Assembly: GCA_964413425.1 (NCBI GenBank)
Contig: CAYPST010000003.1
Location: 15,336-79,335 of the forward strand
Length of the DNA stretch: 64,000 nucleotides
Source: an uncultured bacterium
GTDB taxonomy: Bacteria > Fidelibacterota > JAANXI01
Direction of reading: 5' to 3'
Both the position numbers and the translations under genes were made by a program. Position 1 is the stretch's first letter, and each line of letters opens with the position of its first letter. The notes under the pieces were generated by a model that saw only the letters and a list, made by a program, of their open reading frames with translations, was not told the DNA's origin and ran no database searches. Below are positions 18,004-28,289 of the stretch, piece after piece.

Positions 18004-19812
18004 ATGAAGGATTTTTCCGAGAAATATCAACTCCCGATTAAACTTCTGGTGACGCTGTTCTTCGCAGGATTATTGATCGCACCACTAATTATCCAGCGGT
18101 ATGCCGCCTCCGGCACTTTTTCTCCCGGGGAGGATTCCAAAGAATTCGCGCTGCAGCACTTCGGATTCTATCTGGAGGATGTCGCCCTGGCCAGTGGGCT
18201 GGATTTCACGCATCAATCCCCCAGGCTTGATCCGAAGCTGAATCATATCCTTCCGCAGATTGCTTCCATGGGAGCGTCGGTGTCGATTGTGGATTTCAAC
18301 CGGGACGGATGGAATGACATCTATGTTACCAATAGTCGGTATGGGACAAAAAATGCCCTGTACCGCAATGAAGGTGATGGCACCTTCCGGGATGTCGCGG
18401 AGACGGTTGGCGTCGCGAACGTGAATCAGCCGGGCACCGGAGTATCCATGGGAGCCGTATGGGGCGACTACGATAATGACGGGTATGAAGATCTCTTTTT
18501 GTACAAGTGGGGAAAGCCGGAATTGTTTCATAATAATGGCGTGACCGGTTTCACCAGAGTAACGGAGCAGAGTGAATTTCCCGAGTGGGTGAATTCTAAC
18601 ACGGCGATCTGGTTGGATTACAATTCGGATGGCTATCTGGATATCTTCCTGGGCGGATATTATCCTGCAAAATTCGATCTCTGGAATCTGTCCACTACCA
18701 GGATTATGCCGGAAAGTTTTGAGTATGCGCAGAACGGCGGCCGTAACTATTTGTTCGAGAACCAGGGAGACGGCACATTTCGGGATGTCAGTGACCAGGC
18801 AGGATTGACCAGCACCCGCTGGACACTGGCTGCCGGAGCTGCTGACTTTCAGCGGGACGGCTACCCGGGTCTGTTCCTTGCCAACGATTTTGGAGTGGAT
18901 GAATTCTATTCGAATGAAAAGGGGAAACGGTTTCGCGAGGTCGGGATTGAGATGAAAACCGGATTTACACCGAAAAGCGGGATGAACGTGGCGTTTGGAG
19001 ATATCGCCAATCAGGGATTGTTTTCGATTTATGTAACCAATATCACCGAGGAAGGGGTTCTGATGCAGGGTAATAACCTGTGGATGCCCCGACAGAGCCG
19101 CGATAGGATTACGTACACCAATCTTGCGCGACAGATGGGAGTGGAGTTGGGAGGATGGAGTTACGGGGCGCAATTCGGTGATCTGAACAACGACGGGGCA
19201 GTGGATTTATATGTGGCGAACGGTTTTATCTCCGCACGGAAGGGGACCAGTTACTGGTACGATTATTCCAAGGTAACGGGGGGCAATTCGGCGATCATTT
19301 CCGATGCCCGTAACTGGCCTGACATGCGCGGACGAAGCCAGTCCGGATATCAGCGCAACCGGATCTGGCTGAATGATGGTGCCGGGCGGTTTCAGGAAGT
19401 TGCGGGATATGTAGGCGGAAATGATATCTTCGACAGCAGGGCAGTTGCGCTTGTCGATCTCTGGAACCGGGGAGTACTGGATGTGGTGGTCGCCAATCAG
19501 AATGACCGGTTGCTGGTATACAAAAATGAGGTGCTTCCCGGGAATAACTGGATTGGTTTTCAGCTGGAAGGCACCCGAAGCAACCGGAGTGCCGTTGGCG
19601 CTGCTGTTACCCTGCACTGGGACGGAAAGACGCAATCGCAGATTGTATCCGGAGGTATCGGGTATTGCTCGCAGAACCAGCGCCGGGTTCAGTTTGGACT
19701 GGGGAGCAGCGAGAGTGTCGAAAAAGCTGTTATTCACTGGCCTTCCGGGATCCGACAACAAGTTGAACTTCCCGAGGTTCGAAAAATGCATACGGTGCGA
19801 GAACCGGAATGA
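18004..19812 (+). CDS. CRTAC1-family protein: FG-GAP/VCBS-like repeats plus C-terminal ASPIC/UnbV domain, N-terminal membrane anchor
   Basis: Repeated D.N.DG..D.. calcium-binding-loop motifs (FNRDGWNDIYV, YDNDGYEDLFL, YNSDGYLDIFL, LNNDGAVDLYVANGF). C-terminal UnbV_ASPIC-type sequence (GGIGYCSQNQRRVQFGLG...HWPSG). One N-terminal TM helix. Confidence 0.8.
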   Translation: MKDFSEKYQLPIKLLVTLFFAGLLIAPLIIQRYAASGTFSPGEDSKEFALQHFGFYLEDVALASGLDFTHQSPRLDPKLNHILPQIASMGASVSIVDFNRDGWNDIYVTNSRYGTKNALYRNEGDGTFRDVAETVGVANVNQPGTGVSMGAVWGDYDNDGYEDLFLYKWGKPELFHNNGVTGFTRVTEQSEFPEWVNSNTAIWLDYNSDGYLDIFLGGYYPAKFDLWNLSTTRIMPESFEYAQNGGRNYLFENQGDGTFRDVSDQAGLTSTRWTLAAGAADFQRDGYPGLFLANDFGVDEFYSNEKGKRFREVGIEMKTGFTPKSGMNVAFGDIANQGLFSIYVTNITEEGVLMQGNNLWMPRQSRDRITYTNLARQMGVELGGWSYGAQFGDLNNDGAVDLYVANGFISARKGTSYWYDYSKVTGGNSAIISDARNWPDMRGRSQSGYQRNRIWLNDGAGRFQEVAGYVGGNDIFDSRAVALVDLWNRGVLDVVVANQNDRLLVYKNEVLPGNNWIGFQLEGTRSNRSAVGAAVTLHWDGKTQSQIVSGGIGYCSQNQRRVQFGLGSSESVEKAVIHWPSGIRQQVELPEVRKMHTVREPE

Positions 19813-20651
19813 GTTCCACGGAAACGTCAGTATCTCAGACGAATTCGACCACCACGGAAGCGACATTTTTTTCCTGGTTGAAACGGCTGGATTTCAGGTA
19901 TGCCCCTCCCCTTTTTATCACTTTAATTCTGCTGGTTGGTCATTGGTCCTTCGGAATACTGGAAAGCCATAAAACTGTGGTTCTGGCCGTCGCTGCCAGT
20001 ATGCTGACCGACCTGGCACTCGCCAGGTTGATGTGGGGCAAATGGCGTAATCTTTCCAGTGCCTATATCTCCGGAATCAGTGTGAGCATCCTGATCAGGT
20101 CGCCGATGTATTGGCCGTATGTCTTGTGCGCGATGATCTCCATAGCCACCAAATACGTGCTGAGATATCGGGGGCGGCATCTCTGGAATCCATCCAATTT
20201 CGGGGTGTCCTGGATGCTGTTCACCGCTCCCTTCAGCGTGGCGGGTCTGAGCATCCAATGGGGAAATAATCTGTGGCCCATGCTGATTATCTGGCTCCTG
20301 GGATGTGTTATCGTGTGGCGAGCCCGCCGGTTTCATGTCACTTTCACCTATGTGGTCGGCTTTATCGCATTTTCCTTGCTTCGCAGTGTGATTACCGGCG
20401 CGTCGTTTTTAGCGGAAGTTGCACCACTCACCGGGCCGATGTACCAGCTGTTTGTCCTGTTTATGATTACTGATCCGGTCACCACGGTGAGTTCCCGAAA
20501 GGGTCGCATTCTGGTTGCATTCCTCATTGCACTGGTCGAGTTCGTACTGCGATTGAATGAATTCATCTACGCGCCATTTTATGCGCTCTTCCTGGTGGGG
20601 CCTGCGGCCATGATGATTGACCTGTGGCGGACAAAGTCTGCCGGAGCCTGA
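19809..20651 (+). CDS. polytopic integral membrane protein (about 8 TM), possible UnbU-like partner of the ASPIC/UnbV protein
   Basis: Hydrophobic profile. Start ATGA overlaps the stop of the CRTAC1 gene, implying translational coupling. UnbV/UnbU-type gene pairing is a recurrent neighbourhood, but I cannot confirm family membership from sequence alone. Confidence 0.45.
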   Translation: MSSTETSVSQTNSTTTEATFFSWLKRLDFRYAPPLFITLILLVGHWSFGILESHKTVVLAVAASMLTDLALARLMWGKWRNLSSAYISGISVSILIRSPMYWPYVLCAMISIATKYVLRYRGRHLWNPSNFGVSWMLFTAPFSVAGLSIQWGNNLWPMLIIWLLGCVIVWRARRFHVTFTYVVGFIAFSLLRSVITGASFLAEVAPLTGPMYQLFVLFMITDPVTTVSSRKGRILVAFLIALVEFVLRLNEFIYAPFYALFLVGPAAMMIDLWRTKSAGA

Positions 20652-20789
20652 TGCATACTATAACCAATCCGGGAGCCTGAATCAGTCGGGACAGATTTTC
20701 CTCCCTTCCGTCGGATACGGCTTTCTTTCCATCCGAGATGTTTCCATATTATTGCTGGTGAGTAGATCATCAATCAGGGGGAGAATCAG

Positions 20790-21458
20790 ATGCCGGAGCC
20801 ACATCTTCGACCATACGAAGAATACCGGGAATATCCGGTGGAGACCATGCGTGATCGTGCCCGGGCGTTCTGCGAAGATCTCCGCAGGCGCCGGTCGGTC
20901 CGGGAGTTCTCGGATCGCCCGGTTCCGCCCGAGATTATCGAGGACTGTCTGCGTGCGGCGGTGAGTGCGCCCAGCGGAGCGAATATGCAGCCATGGCATT
21001 TTGTGGTTGTTCGAAATCCAGCAGTAAAACACGAGATTCGTCTTGCCGCGGAAGAGGAGGAGCGGAAGTTCTATGGGCAGCGCGCACCGGATGAGTGGCT
21101 GAATGCCCTCTCGCCTCTGGGTACGGATCCGGAGAAACCATTTCTGGATACGGCGCCATGCCTCATTGCCGTCTTTGCGGAATCGTATGGGATCAGTGCC
21201 GGTGGAGCACATGTGAAGCATTACTATGTGAAGGAATCAGTGGGGATTGCCACTGGAATGCTTATTACCGCCATACATCATGCGGGATTGGTGTGTTTGA
21301 CGCACACTCCGAGTCCCATGGGATTTTTAAATACGATTCTGAACCGTCCGGAAAATGAAAAACCGTTTCTTCTATTGGTGGTGGGCTATCCGGCTGATGA
21401 TGCTGAGGTCCCTGGTATCGTGAAGAAGCCATTTGACGAAATGGTAACCTTTCAATAA
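20790..21458 (+). CDS. nitroreductase-superfamily flavoprotein, iodotyrosine-deiodinase-like subgroup
   Basis: [39 protein letters not shown] is the FMN-binding nitroreductase/IYD-type N-terminal signature. 222 aa. Confidence 0.65.
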   Translation: MPEPHLRPYEEYREYPVETMRDRARAFCEDLRRRRSVREFSDRPVPPEIIEDCLRAAVSAPSGANMQPWHFVVVRNPAVKHEIRLAAEEEERKFYGQRAPDEWLNALSPLGTDPEKPFLDTAPCLIAVFAESYGISAGGAHVKHYYVKESVGIATGMLITAIHHAGLVCLTHTPSPMGFLNTILNRPENEKPFLLLVVGYPADDAEVPGIVKKPFDEMVTFQ

Positions 21459-21724
21459 GTGGTATGAGCTGGGAGGAAATTCGGGAATGAGACCTCCTTG
21501 ATGGTTCTGAGCCGGAAAGGTTTTGGCATACAAGAGCACATCAAAGATTCATCTGTTCAGCATTGAAATGTTGCTATGCAGATAAGATTACAATAATTTG
21601 TATAATACAAGACATTGGTCTGGTTACAACCGGCATGCTGTTCTACTCTGTATAAAACCGGCCATTTATTGCGCCGGATTTCATAGAATGTAGACTATAA
21701 ATTGTTATGGAGAAGGAGAGCATT

Positions 21725-23275
21725 ATGTGCTGTCATTGTACCGGGCCATCCCACGAAATGAACAGACGAGAGTTTCTCAAAGTCTCAACAGCAAGTGTTG
21801 CCGCGGCTGGTATCGGAATGTCTTTGGGGCCGGGGTTGCTGGCCTCGATGAAAGATAATGGCTGGGATCCGAAGAAACCGTATCTGCAAATCGGTAAACC
21901 GCTTTCAGTCCAGCCGGTGTTAATGTACAGTCTGTCTGAACGCAGACCCCAAACCTCCTGGCGGCCCTGGGGCGGATTGCACACCGAACGGGATGTCGAC
22001 GGGGAAGTCGAGCGGATCACTGCAGAGCTCCGCCAGATGGAAAAGGATGCTGAGTTCCCATTGAAATGTGCGCCGGTGGTAAAGATCCGGAGTGAAGAAG
22101 AGGCGGTCAGCCTGCAGAAACAGAGTCAGAGTGATGTGTTTATCATCTATGCCGCCTCCGGTGGAACAAATGTGTTTGAAGCCCTCGTCTCCGAAGAGCG
22201 GAATAAGCTGGTATTTCTGCGACATCGCTCCGGGCCTGTGTATCTCTGGTATGAGATTGTGCATAATCGATTCTTGCGAAAAGGGGGAGATGGTTACGAT
22301 CTGGAGGAATTCCGGAATCCCGGTGGCGTTGATATTCATGATATCGTGGTGGATGAGCCCGGTGAATTACTCTGGAGGGTGCGCGCTCTGTATGGTTTAA
22401 AGAACACGATGGGTGCTCGTATCGTCACACTGGGCGGACCGGGAGGGTGGTGTGCGCCGTATGCTCCGGACAAGGCTCGGGAGCGGTTCGGCCTGGACTT
22501 CGTTGAGGTCAGTTATGATGAAATGGAGCGGCGCATTCAACAGGCAAAACATAACCGGGAAATGATATCCCTGGCCGAGGACTGGACGAATCGATATCTC
22601 TCGTTACCTCATATTTCTCTGGAAACAGACCGGGAATTTGTCCGGAACGCCTTTGTGTTATATGCCTTATTTAAGGAGTTGATGGAAGAAAATAACACTT
22701 ACGCCTTTACCATCCGGCAGTGTATGAGCACCATCATACCCATGGCGGAAACCACCGCCTGTCTGCCGCTGATGTTGTTAAACGATGAGGGCTATCTGGC
22801 CTTTTGCGAATCCGATTTTAATGTGATCCCCTCCGGAATTTTACTGCATTATATTTCCGGGAAACCGGTATTTCTGAATGATCCCACCTATCCACACGGT
22901 AATGTGGTCACCTGTGCTCACTGTACCGGCCCCAGCCGGATGAACGGGGACGATTACGAAACCACCCGGGTGCTCACGCACTTCGAATCCGATTACGGAG
23001 CGGCACCCAAAGTGGAGATGCCCCTGGGCAGAGAGGTGACCATCATCGATCCGGATTCCTATCAGCGGGAGTGGGTGGGTTTTAAAGGAACCATTGCCGC
23101 CAATCCGTTTCTGGATATCTGTCGGACGCAGTGGGATATCCGGTTTGAGGGTGATGAGGAAAAGTTAAATCAGGTGACCAAAGGTTTTCACTGGATGATT
23201 GCGGAAGGTGATTATCTCCGTGAGACGGAGTATGCCGCGCGCAAAGCGGGAATCGAATGGCTTGATCTTGCCTGA
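21725..23275 (+). CDS. twin-arginine-exported protein of unknown function with duplicated C-x-C-T-G-P-S motifs
   Basis: Tat motif NRREFLKVSTASVAAAGIG. Strong RBS GGAGAAGGAGAG before ATG 21725 (the ORF also opens at 21707). CCHCTGPS at residues 2-9 and CAHCTGPSRMNGDD near residue 395. Weak local resemblance of the C-terminal third to the FucI/AraA isomerase superfamily (GILLHYISG vs GIIHLINSG); that resemblance is not a call. Confidence 0.5.
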   Translation: MCCHCTGPSHEMNRREFLKVSTASVAAAGIGMSLGPGLLASMKDNGWDPKKPYLQIGKPLSVQPVLMYSLSERRPQTSWRPWGGLHTERDVDGEVERITAELRQMEKDAEFPLKCAPVVKIRSEEEAVSLQKQSQSDVFIIYAASGGTNVFEALVSEERNKLVFLRHRSGPVYLWYEIVHNRFLRKGGDGYDLEEFRNPGGVDIHDIVVDEPGELLWRVRALYGLKNTMGARIVTLGGPGGWCAPYAPDKARERFGLDFVEVSYDEMERRIQQAKHNREMISLAEDWTNRYLSLPHISLETDREFVRNAFVLYALFKELMEENNTYAFTIRQCMSTIIPMAETTACLPLMLLNDEGYLAFCESDFNVIPSGILLHYISGKPVFLNDPTYPHGNVVTCAHCTGPSRMNGDDYETTRVLTHFESDYGAAPKVEMPLGREVTIIDPDSYQREWVGFKGTIAANPFLDICRTQWDIRFEGDEEKLNQVTKGFHWMIAEGDYLRETEYAARKAGIEWLDLA

Positions 23276-23730
23276 GAGATCCCGGTGAGAAGAATCACCG
23301 GTATACAAACCGGATTTCCCTGAATTTCGGCGTTGCCTGTCTGGTTCAGTGCTAGATATTGTCAGCTACAATATGGGCTGTTTCCCATAATTAATTTCCC
23401 ATGGAACAACTCGGATGCACCTCCGATTATGAGTAAATCAGGCTGCCAGTTGAAGTACGGGCATCAGACGGAAGGACCGCGGTGCCGTTATATCATTAGT
23501 ACTTTTGTCGATGCGTTCATGCCTAACCGGTTGTTTTCAGAACAATGGTTTATTAATTTTCTGTAAAGAGGCAAGAACGAAAGCGAGTTCATGCTGATGC
23601 ATTCCTGAAAGGTACCGGAAATCAGGTGTTCTGGCAGCGGGTACGGATTGCACACTACAGGAGGGGATAGAATGTTTTATAGTACAACTGCTGTGGGAAT
23701 CTGTCTTACATAATAGAAGGAGTTCTCTTC

Positions 23731-25029
23731 ATGAAGTTGCAACAGTACACCACTCGTCGCGAATTTTTAAAGGATACGGTACGAGCTGCATTCGGTCTGT
23801 CTCTTGTCCCCTCACTTCTCACCAAACGGGCCGGTGCCAGTCAACCATCCCTGGCAGCGAATGACCGGATTACTCTGGGCTTTATCGGGACCGGAGGACA
23901 GGGGACACACAATATGCGCGCATTCTTAAATAACCCGGAGGCGCAGGTGGTGGCGGTATGCGATGTGGATCGCAGCCATCGGGACCGCGCCAAACGGATT
24001 GTGGATGACCACTATGGCTCTGATGACTGTGATTCCTACAACGATTTTCGGGAGTTGAATGCCCGGAATGATATCGATGGTGTGGTGGTTGGTACCCCCG
24101 ACCACTGGCATACCATCCCGGCATTGGATGCCGCCAGACAGGGGAAGGATATCTATCTCGAAAAACCTCTGACGCTCACCATTGATGAAGGAATTAAATT
24201 ACGGGAGGTCATTCATCGCTATGAGCGTATTTTGCAGACTGGCAGCCAGCAGCGGTCCGACCGGGATTTTCGCTTTGCGTGCGAGTTAGTGCGCAACGGA
24301 TATATCGGCGAGGTTCAGAAAGTGGAGGTGGTGATTCCGGGGAACAATCGGACGACCGGTCCCACCTGGGAACCGATGCCAGTGCCGGCCGGATTTGATT
24401 ACGACTTCTGGCTGGGCCCCGCTCCCTGGAAACCCTATACCGAGCAGCGTTGCCACTATCAATTCCGGTTTATCCTGGATTACTCCGGTGGTCAGGTTAC
24501 CAACTGGGGCGCTCACTTTCTGGATATTGCACAATGGGGGTTAGGCATGGATGACTCCGGACCTGTGGAGGTGTTTGGTGATGGGGAGTTTCCCGAAACA
24601 GGATTGTTCACCACAGCCACCCAGGTGGATTTTACGTGCATTTATGAGAACGGAGTGGAGATGACCTGTAAAACAGGTGGTACCGGTACCAAATTTATTG
24701 GCACGGAAGGGTCGGTTTTTGTGAGCAGAAGCAGGCTGGAGACCGAACCGGCTTCCTTGTTGGAAACCCGCATCAAGCCGGATGAGTTGCACTTATACGA
24801 AAGTAATGACCATCACCAGAACTTTCTGGACTCGATGCGTTCCCGCAGGAATCCGATTGCTGATGTCGAAATCGGTCATCGGTCTGCCACTATCTGTCAC
24901 CTCGGAAATATTGCCATGCTCACAAAGCGGCGCCACAGATGGGATCCGGCCGCGGAGAAGTTTATCGGCGATGATGCGGCGAATCGGATGACCGGACGAC
25001 CCTCCCGTGGTTCCTGGAGGATTGATTGA
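23731..25029 (+). CDS. Tat-exported Gfo/Idh/MocA-family oxidoreductase (GH109-like / glycoside-3-dehydrogenase-like), paralog 1
   Basis: Tat motif TRREFLKD. Rossmann GFIGTGGQGTHN, VVAVCDVD, PDHWH, LEKPL. 432 aa. Confidence 0.8.
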   Translation: MKLQQYTTRREFLKDTVRAAFGLSLVPSLLTKRAGASQPSLAANDRITLGFIGTGGQGTHNMRAFLNNPEAQVVAVCDVDRSHRDRAKRIVDDHYGSDDCDSYNDFRELNARNDIDGVVVGTPDHWHTIPALDAARQGKDIYLEKPLTLTIDEGIKLREVIHRYERILQTGSQQRSDRDFRFACELVRNGYIGEVQKVEVVIPGNNRTTGPTWEPMPVPAGFDYDFWLGPAPWKPYTEQRCHYQFRFILDYSGGQVTNWGAHFLDIAQWGLGMDDSGPVEVFGDGEFPETGLFTTATQVDFTCIYENGVEMTCKTGGTGTKFIGTEGSVFVSRSRLETEPASLLETRIKPDELHLYESNDHHQNFLDSMRSRRNPIADVEIGHRSATICHLGNIAMLTKRRHRWDPAAEKFIGDDAANRMTGRPSRGSWRID

Positions 25030-25402
25030 GGAGCGCAAAACGGCATTCATAGGGAGTGTAAGGTATATCCTGAAGAGAGAAATATAATTAATCGTTTGGA
25101 ATTCGTTGCAGAACCTGATAATATAGCAGAAACCGGTCACGAATCCATTATAACGAAGGAGCAGGAAGTTAACAATCGGGCAGCCGACGGGGATTTCCGA
25201 AGCAACCGGATGCCTCAGTCGTCTGGAATTATGGAAGTATCTGCCGGTTGGTGCGGGCAGGCGCGGCTTTGGCTCCAGAGGGGCCGGATGTTTCTAGAAA
25301 GCGGACATTCAAAATCCCCTCCGCTTCAGCCTGCCCGGCTGCCGACGGGCGGAGCGGAACATTCAACTGAGTGAAGTTCATAGTCATATATAGAAATATG
25401 GA

Positions 25403-26737
25403 GTGAGTGGAATGTCGAATGAAACGCAGATATCTCGCCGCCAGTTTCTTCGAACCGCCGTTGGTCTGACCGTCGGGGCCGCAGTTGCTCCGGTGGTCGT
25501 ACCCTCCTCGCTGGTTGGCAAGTCGGCCCAGGTTCCGCCCAGCGATCAGGTGGTGATGGGCTGCATCGGCGTGGGCTGGCAGGGCACCAGTAACATGGAG
25601 AGTTTCCTCAGAGAAGCAGATGTGCGGATCGTGGCGGTGTGCGATGTGGACGAGCATCATCTCCGGAACGCCAGGCAGATCGTCGATGAGCATTACGGCA
25701 ACACTGATTGTGCTGTCTACCATGATTTCCGGGACGTACTCGCGCGAGCGGACATTGATGCCGTGTCGCTGGGCTTGCCGGACCACTGGCATGCGGTCCC
25801 GGCGATTCAGGCGGCGGAGCAGGGCAAAGACATCTATGGGGAAAAGCCGGTCTCTCATACGCTCAGGGAGGGCCGGGCCATAGTGGAGGCGGTGGAACGA
25901 TACGGCCGGATCTGGCAGACCGGCAGCTGGCAGCGCTCGGAGTCGCAGTTTCGGGTTGCCGCCGAACTGGTGCGGAACGGCTACATTGGGAAAGTACACA
26001 CCGTGGAGGTCGGGTTACCGGCCGGCCACACCGATTTTGCCGGTACCAAAGGACAGGATGACATCCAGCCGCCACCCCCGGAACTGGAGTATGATTTCTG
26101 GCTGGGGCCGGCCCCCTATTCCCCGTACATTAAATCCCGGGTGCATAAGAATTGGCGCTGGTACTATGATTTCGGCGGCGGGCAATTGATGGATTGGGTC
26201 GGCCACCACGTGGATATTGCGCATTGGGGGCTGGGCACAGAATACACCGGGCCGGTGGAAATCAAGGGCACCGGTGAATTCCCCGGGGACGGGGTCTGGG
26301 ACACCGCCACCCGGTATCGGGTGGACACGGTGTATCCGAACGGCGTGCAATTGATTATGGCGGGCGGCCATGAGGAGGTCTGTTTCGGCAGAATGGGCAC
26401 CAAATGGATTGGCGAGGACGGCTGGGTCTGGGTGGACCGGAGCGGTATCGATGCGGAGCCCAAGCGTCTCCTGCAGGAAACCATCAGAGCGGACGCAATT
26501 CAGCTCTATCGCTCCCCCGGACACTGGCGGAATTTCATCGACTGTGTGAAATCCCGGCAGCAGACCATCACCCCGTGCGAAGTGGCGCATCGATCGGCTT
26601 CGCCTGGTCATCTGGGATTGATATCTATGTTGTTAGGACGCAAAATCCGGTTCAATCCGGAGACGGAAGAAATCCCGGACGATCCGACTGCCGCCAGGAT
26701 GCTGGGTAAATCCATGCGGAGCCCGTGGGCGGTATGA
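25403..26737 (+). CDS. Tat-exported Gfo/Idh/MocA-family oxidoreductase, paralog 2
   Basis: Tat motif SRRQFLRTAVG. GCIGVGWQGTSN, IVAVCDVD, PDHWH, GEKPV. 444 aa. Confidence 0.8.
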   Translation: MSGMSNETQISRRQFLRTAVGLTVGAAVAPVVVPSSLVGKSAQVPPSDQVVMGCIGVGWQGTSNMESFLREADVRIVAVCDVDEHHLRNARQIVDEHYGNTDCAVYHDFRDVLARADIDAVSLGLPDHWHAVPAIQAAEQGKDIYGEKPVSHTLREGRAIVEAVERYGRIWQTGSWQRSESQFRVAAELVRNGYIGKVHTVEVGLPAGHTDFAGTKGQDDIQPPPPELEYDFWLGPAPYSPYIKSRVHKNWRWYYDFGGGQLMDWVGHHVDIAHWGLGTEYTGPVEIKGTGEFPGDGVWDTATRYRVDTVYPNGVQLIMAGGHEEVCFGRMGTKWIGEDGWVWVDRSGIDAEPKRLLQETIRADAIQLYRSPGHWRNFIDCVKSRQQTITPCEVAHRSASPGHLGLISMLLGRKIRFNPETEEIPDDPTAARMLGKSMRSPWAV

Positions 26738-26963
26738 GCGGTGTGCCGGGGAATTGCCGAAAACAGAGTTTGTCACAGAATTGTCGATGGGGTATGATTA
26801 GAATACAGATAAGGACAATTCAGTGATATACTCCGTTGGGGAGCAGTTGCTATCCATATCCGATTCAAAAAAGCGAACGTTGCCTCAGATAATATAAGCT
26901 GTCAATGAGCAATAAAATGAGTAAGAGAGAAGTGTCAGATTTGGCATCAGGAAAGTGTAAGAT

Positions 26964-28259
26964 ATGAGCCATCTTCGAATGAGTCGACGGGAATTTTTAT
27001 CCGGCACGCTCACCCTCCTCGGTGGCACCCTTGCCGTGCCTGCTCTAATACCACATTCTGTATTCGCAGCAGCTCCCGGCGATCAGATCACCATGGGATT
27101 TATTGGGACGGGAAAACAGGGCACCTATTTGCTCCGGGCGTTTCTTAACGAAACGGGAACCCGGGTACTCGCTGTCTGCGACGCGGATCGACTGAAACTT
27201 GAACGCGCGCAGCGGGTGACGAATGAATACTACGCCCGGGAACAGACCACTGGCAGCTATCAAGGCTGTGATATGTATCCGGATTTTCGGGAGCTCCTGG
27301 GACGGGAGGACATCGATACGGTGGTGATCGCCACGCCGGATCACTGGCATGCTGTCGCGGTCGACGAATCGGCCTGCGCAGGCAAAGATATCTACTGCGA
27401 AAAACCGCTTTCCCAGACCATCGAAGAGGGGAAATCCATGGTCCGGGCAGTACGTCGGTACGGGCGTATATTTCAGACCGGCAGCATGCAGCGTTCCTAT
27501 CAGCAGTTCCGGTTTGCCTGTGAATTAGTGCGGAACGGCTATATCGGAGATATCCGGCATGTCACGGTCGACGTGGGCGGCCCGCCCGAACTGTGTACAT
27601 TGCCTCCTGAACCGGTTCCGGAGTATCTGGATTGGGACATGTGGCTTGGCCCGGCACTCCGCAGACCCTATAATTCGGATCTGTCTCCGCACATCAGCAA
27701 CGATATCTTTCCGCACTGGCGCAGCTATCGTGCGTTCGGTGGTGGCGGGATGACCGACTGGGGCGCGCATCATTTCGATATCGCCCAATGGGCCCTGGGG
27801 ATGGATCACAGCGGACCTGCAGAGATCCATCCGCCGGATGAAAGGGGCTATGATGTGCTGACATACAGATATGCCAATGGCATAACCATGAGCCGCAACA
27901 CCTTCGAAGAAGGACATGGCGTCCTCTTTGAGGGCAGTGATGGGAAAATTGTAGTGAACCGCAGCTATATCCAAACCTGGCCGGAAAAATTGGCAGAAGC
28001 GAAGATAAAGCCGAATGAAGTCCACCTGTACAGAAGCAATAATCATTACGCCGATTTTCTGCAAGCTGTCCGGGGTCGAAGTAAACCTATTTGCGATATC
28101 GAGATCGGCTACCGGTCCGTATCTGTCTGCCACCTCGGGAATATCGCGTATGAACTGAAGCGGCCGTTGCAGTGGGATCCTGCACAGGAAAACTTCGTGA
28201 ACGATCCGGATGCCCATCGGCTGCTCAGCCGGGCCTATCGTAATCCGTGGAAGTTATAA
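26964..28259 (+). CDS. Tat-exported Gfo/Idh/MocA-family oxidoreductase, paralog 3
   Basis: Tat motif SRREFLSGT. GFIGTGKQGT, VLAVCDAD, PDHWH, CEKPL. 431 aa. Confidence 0.8.
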   Translation: MSHLRMSRREFLSGTLTLLGGTLAVPALIPHSVFAAAPGDQITMGFIGTGKQGTYLLRAFLNETGTRVLAVCDADRLKLERAQRVTNEYYAREQTTGSYQGCDMYPDFRELLGREDIDTVVIATPDHWHAVAVDESACAGKDIYCEKPLSQTIEEGKSMVRAVRRYGRIFQTGSMQRSYQQFRFACELVRNGYIGDIRHVTVDVGGPPELCTLPPEPVPEYLDWDMWLGPALRRPYNSDLSPHISNDIFPHWRSYRAFGGGGMTDWGAHHFDIAQWALGMDHSGPAEIHPPDERGYDVLTYRYANGITMSRNTFEEGHGVLFEGSDGKIVVNRSYIQTWPEKLAEAKIKPNEVHLYRSNNHYADFLQAVRGRSKPICDIEIGYRSVSVCHLGNIAYELKRPLQWDPAQENFVNDPDAHRLLSRAYRNPWKL

Positions 28260-28289
28260 CATAATTGAGAGAAGAGAAGAAGAATCATC

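Noticed and set aside
21707-21724. Upstream ATG (MEKESI-) as the start of the 522-aa Tat protein
   Set aside because: ATG 21725 is preceded by a much stronger Shine-Dalgarno (GGAGAAGGAGAG, which is the coding sequence of the upstream alternative). Either start keeps the Cys-rich n-region, so the call is unaffected.
23333-23566. 77-aa ORF in the 455-nt spacer before the first Tat oxidoreductase (also 25096-25374 and 7599-7805 small ORFs)
   Set aside because: No homology signal, no RBS, unusual composition. More likely promoter or leader sequence.
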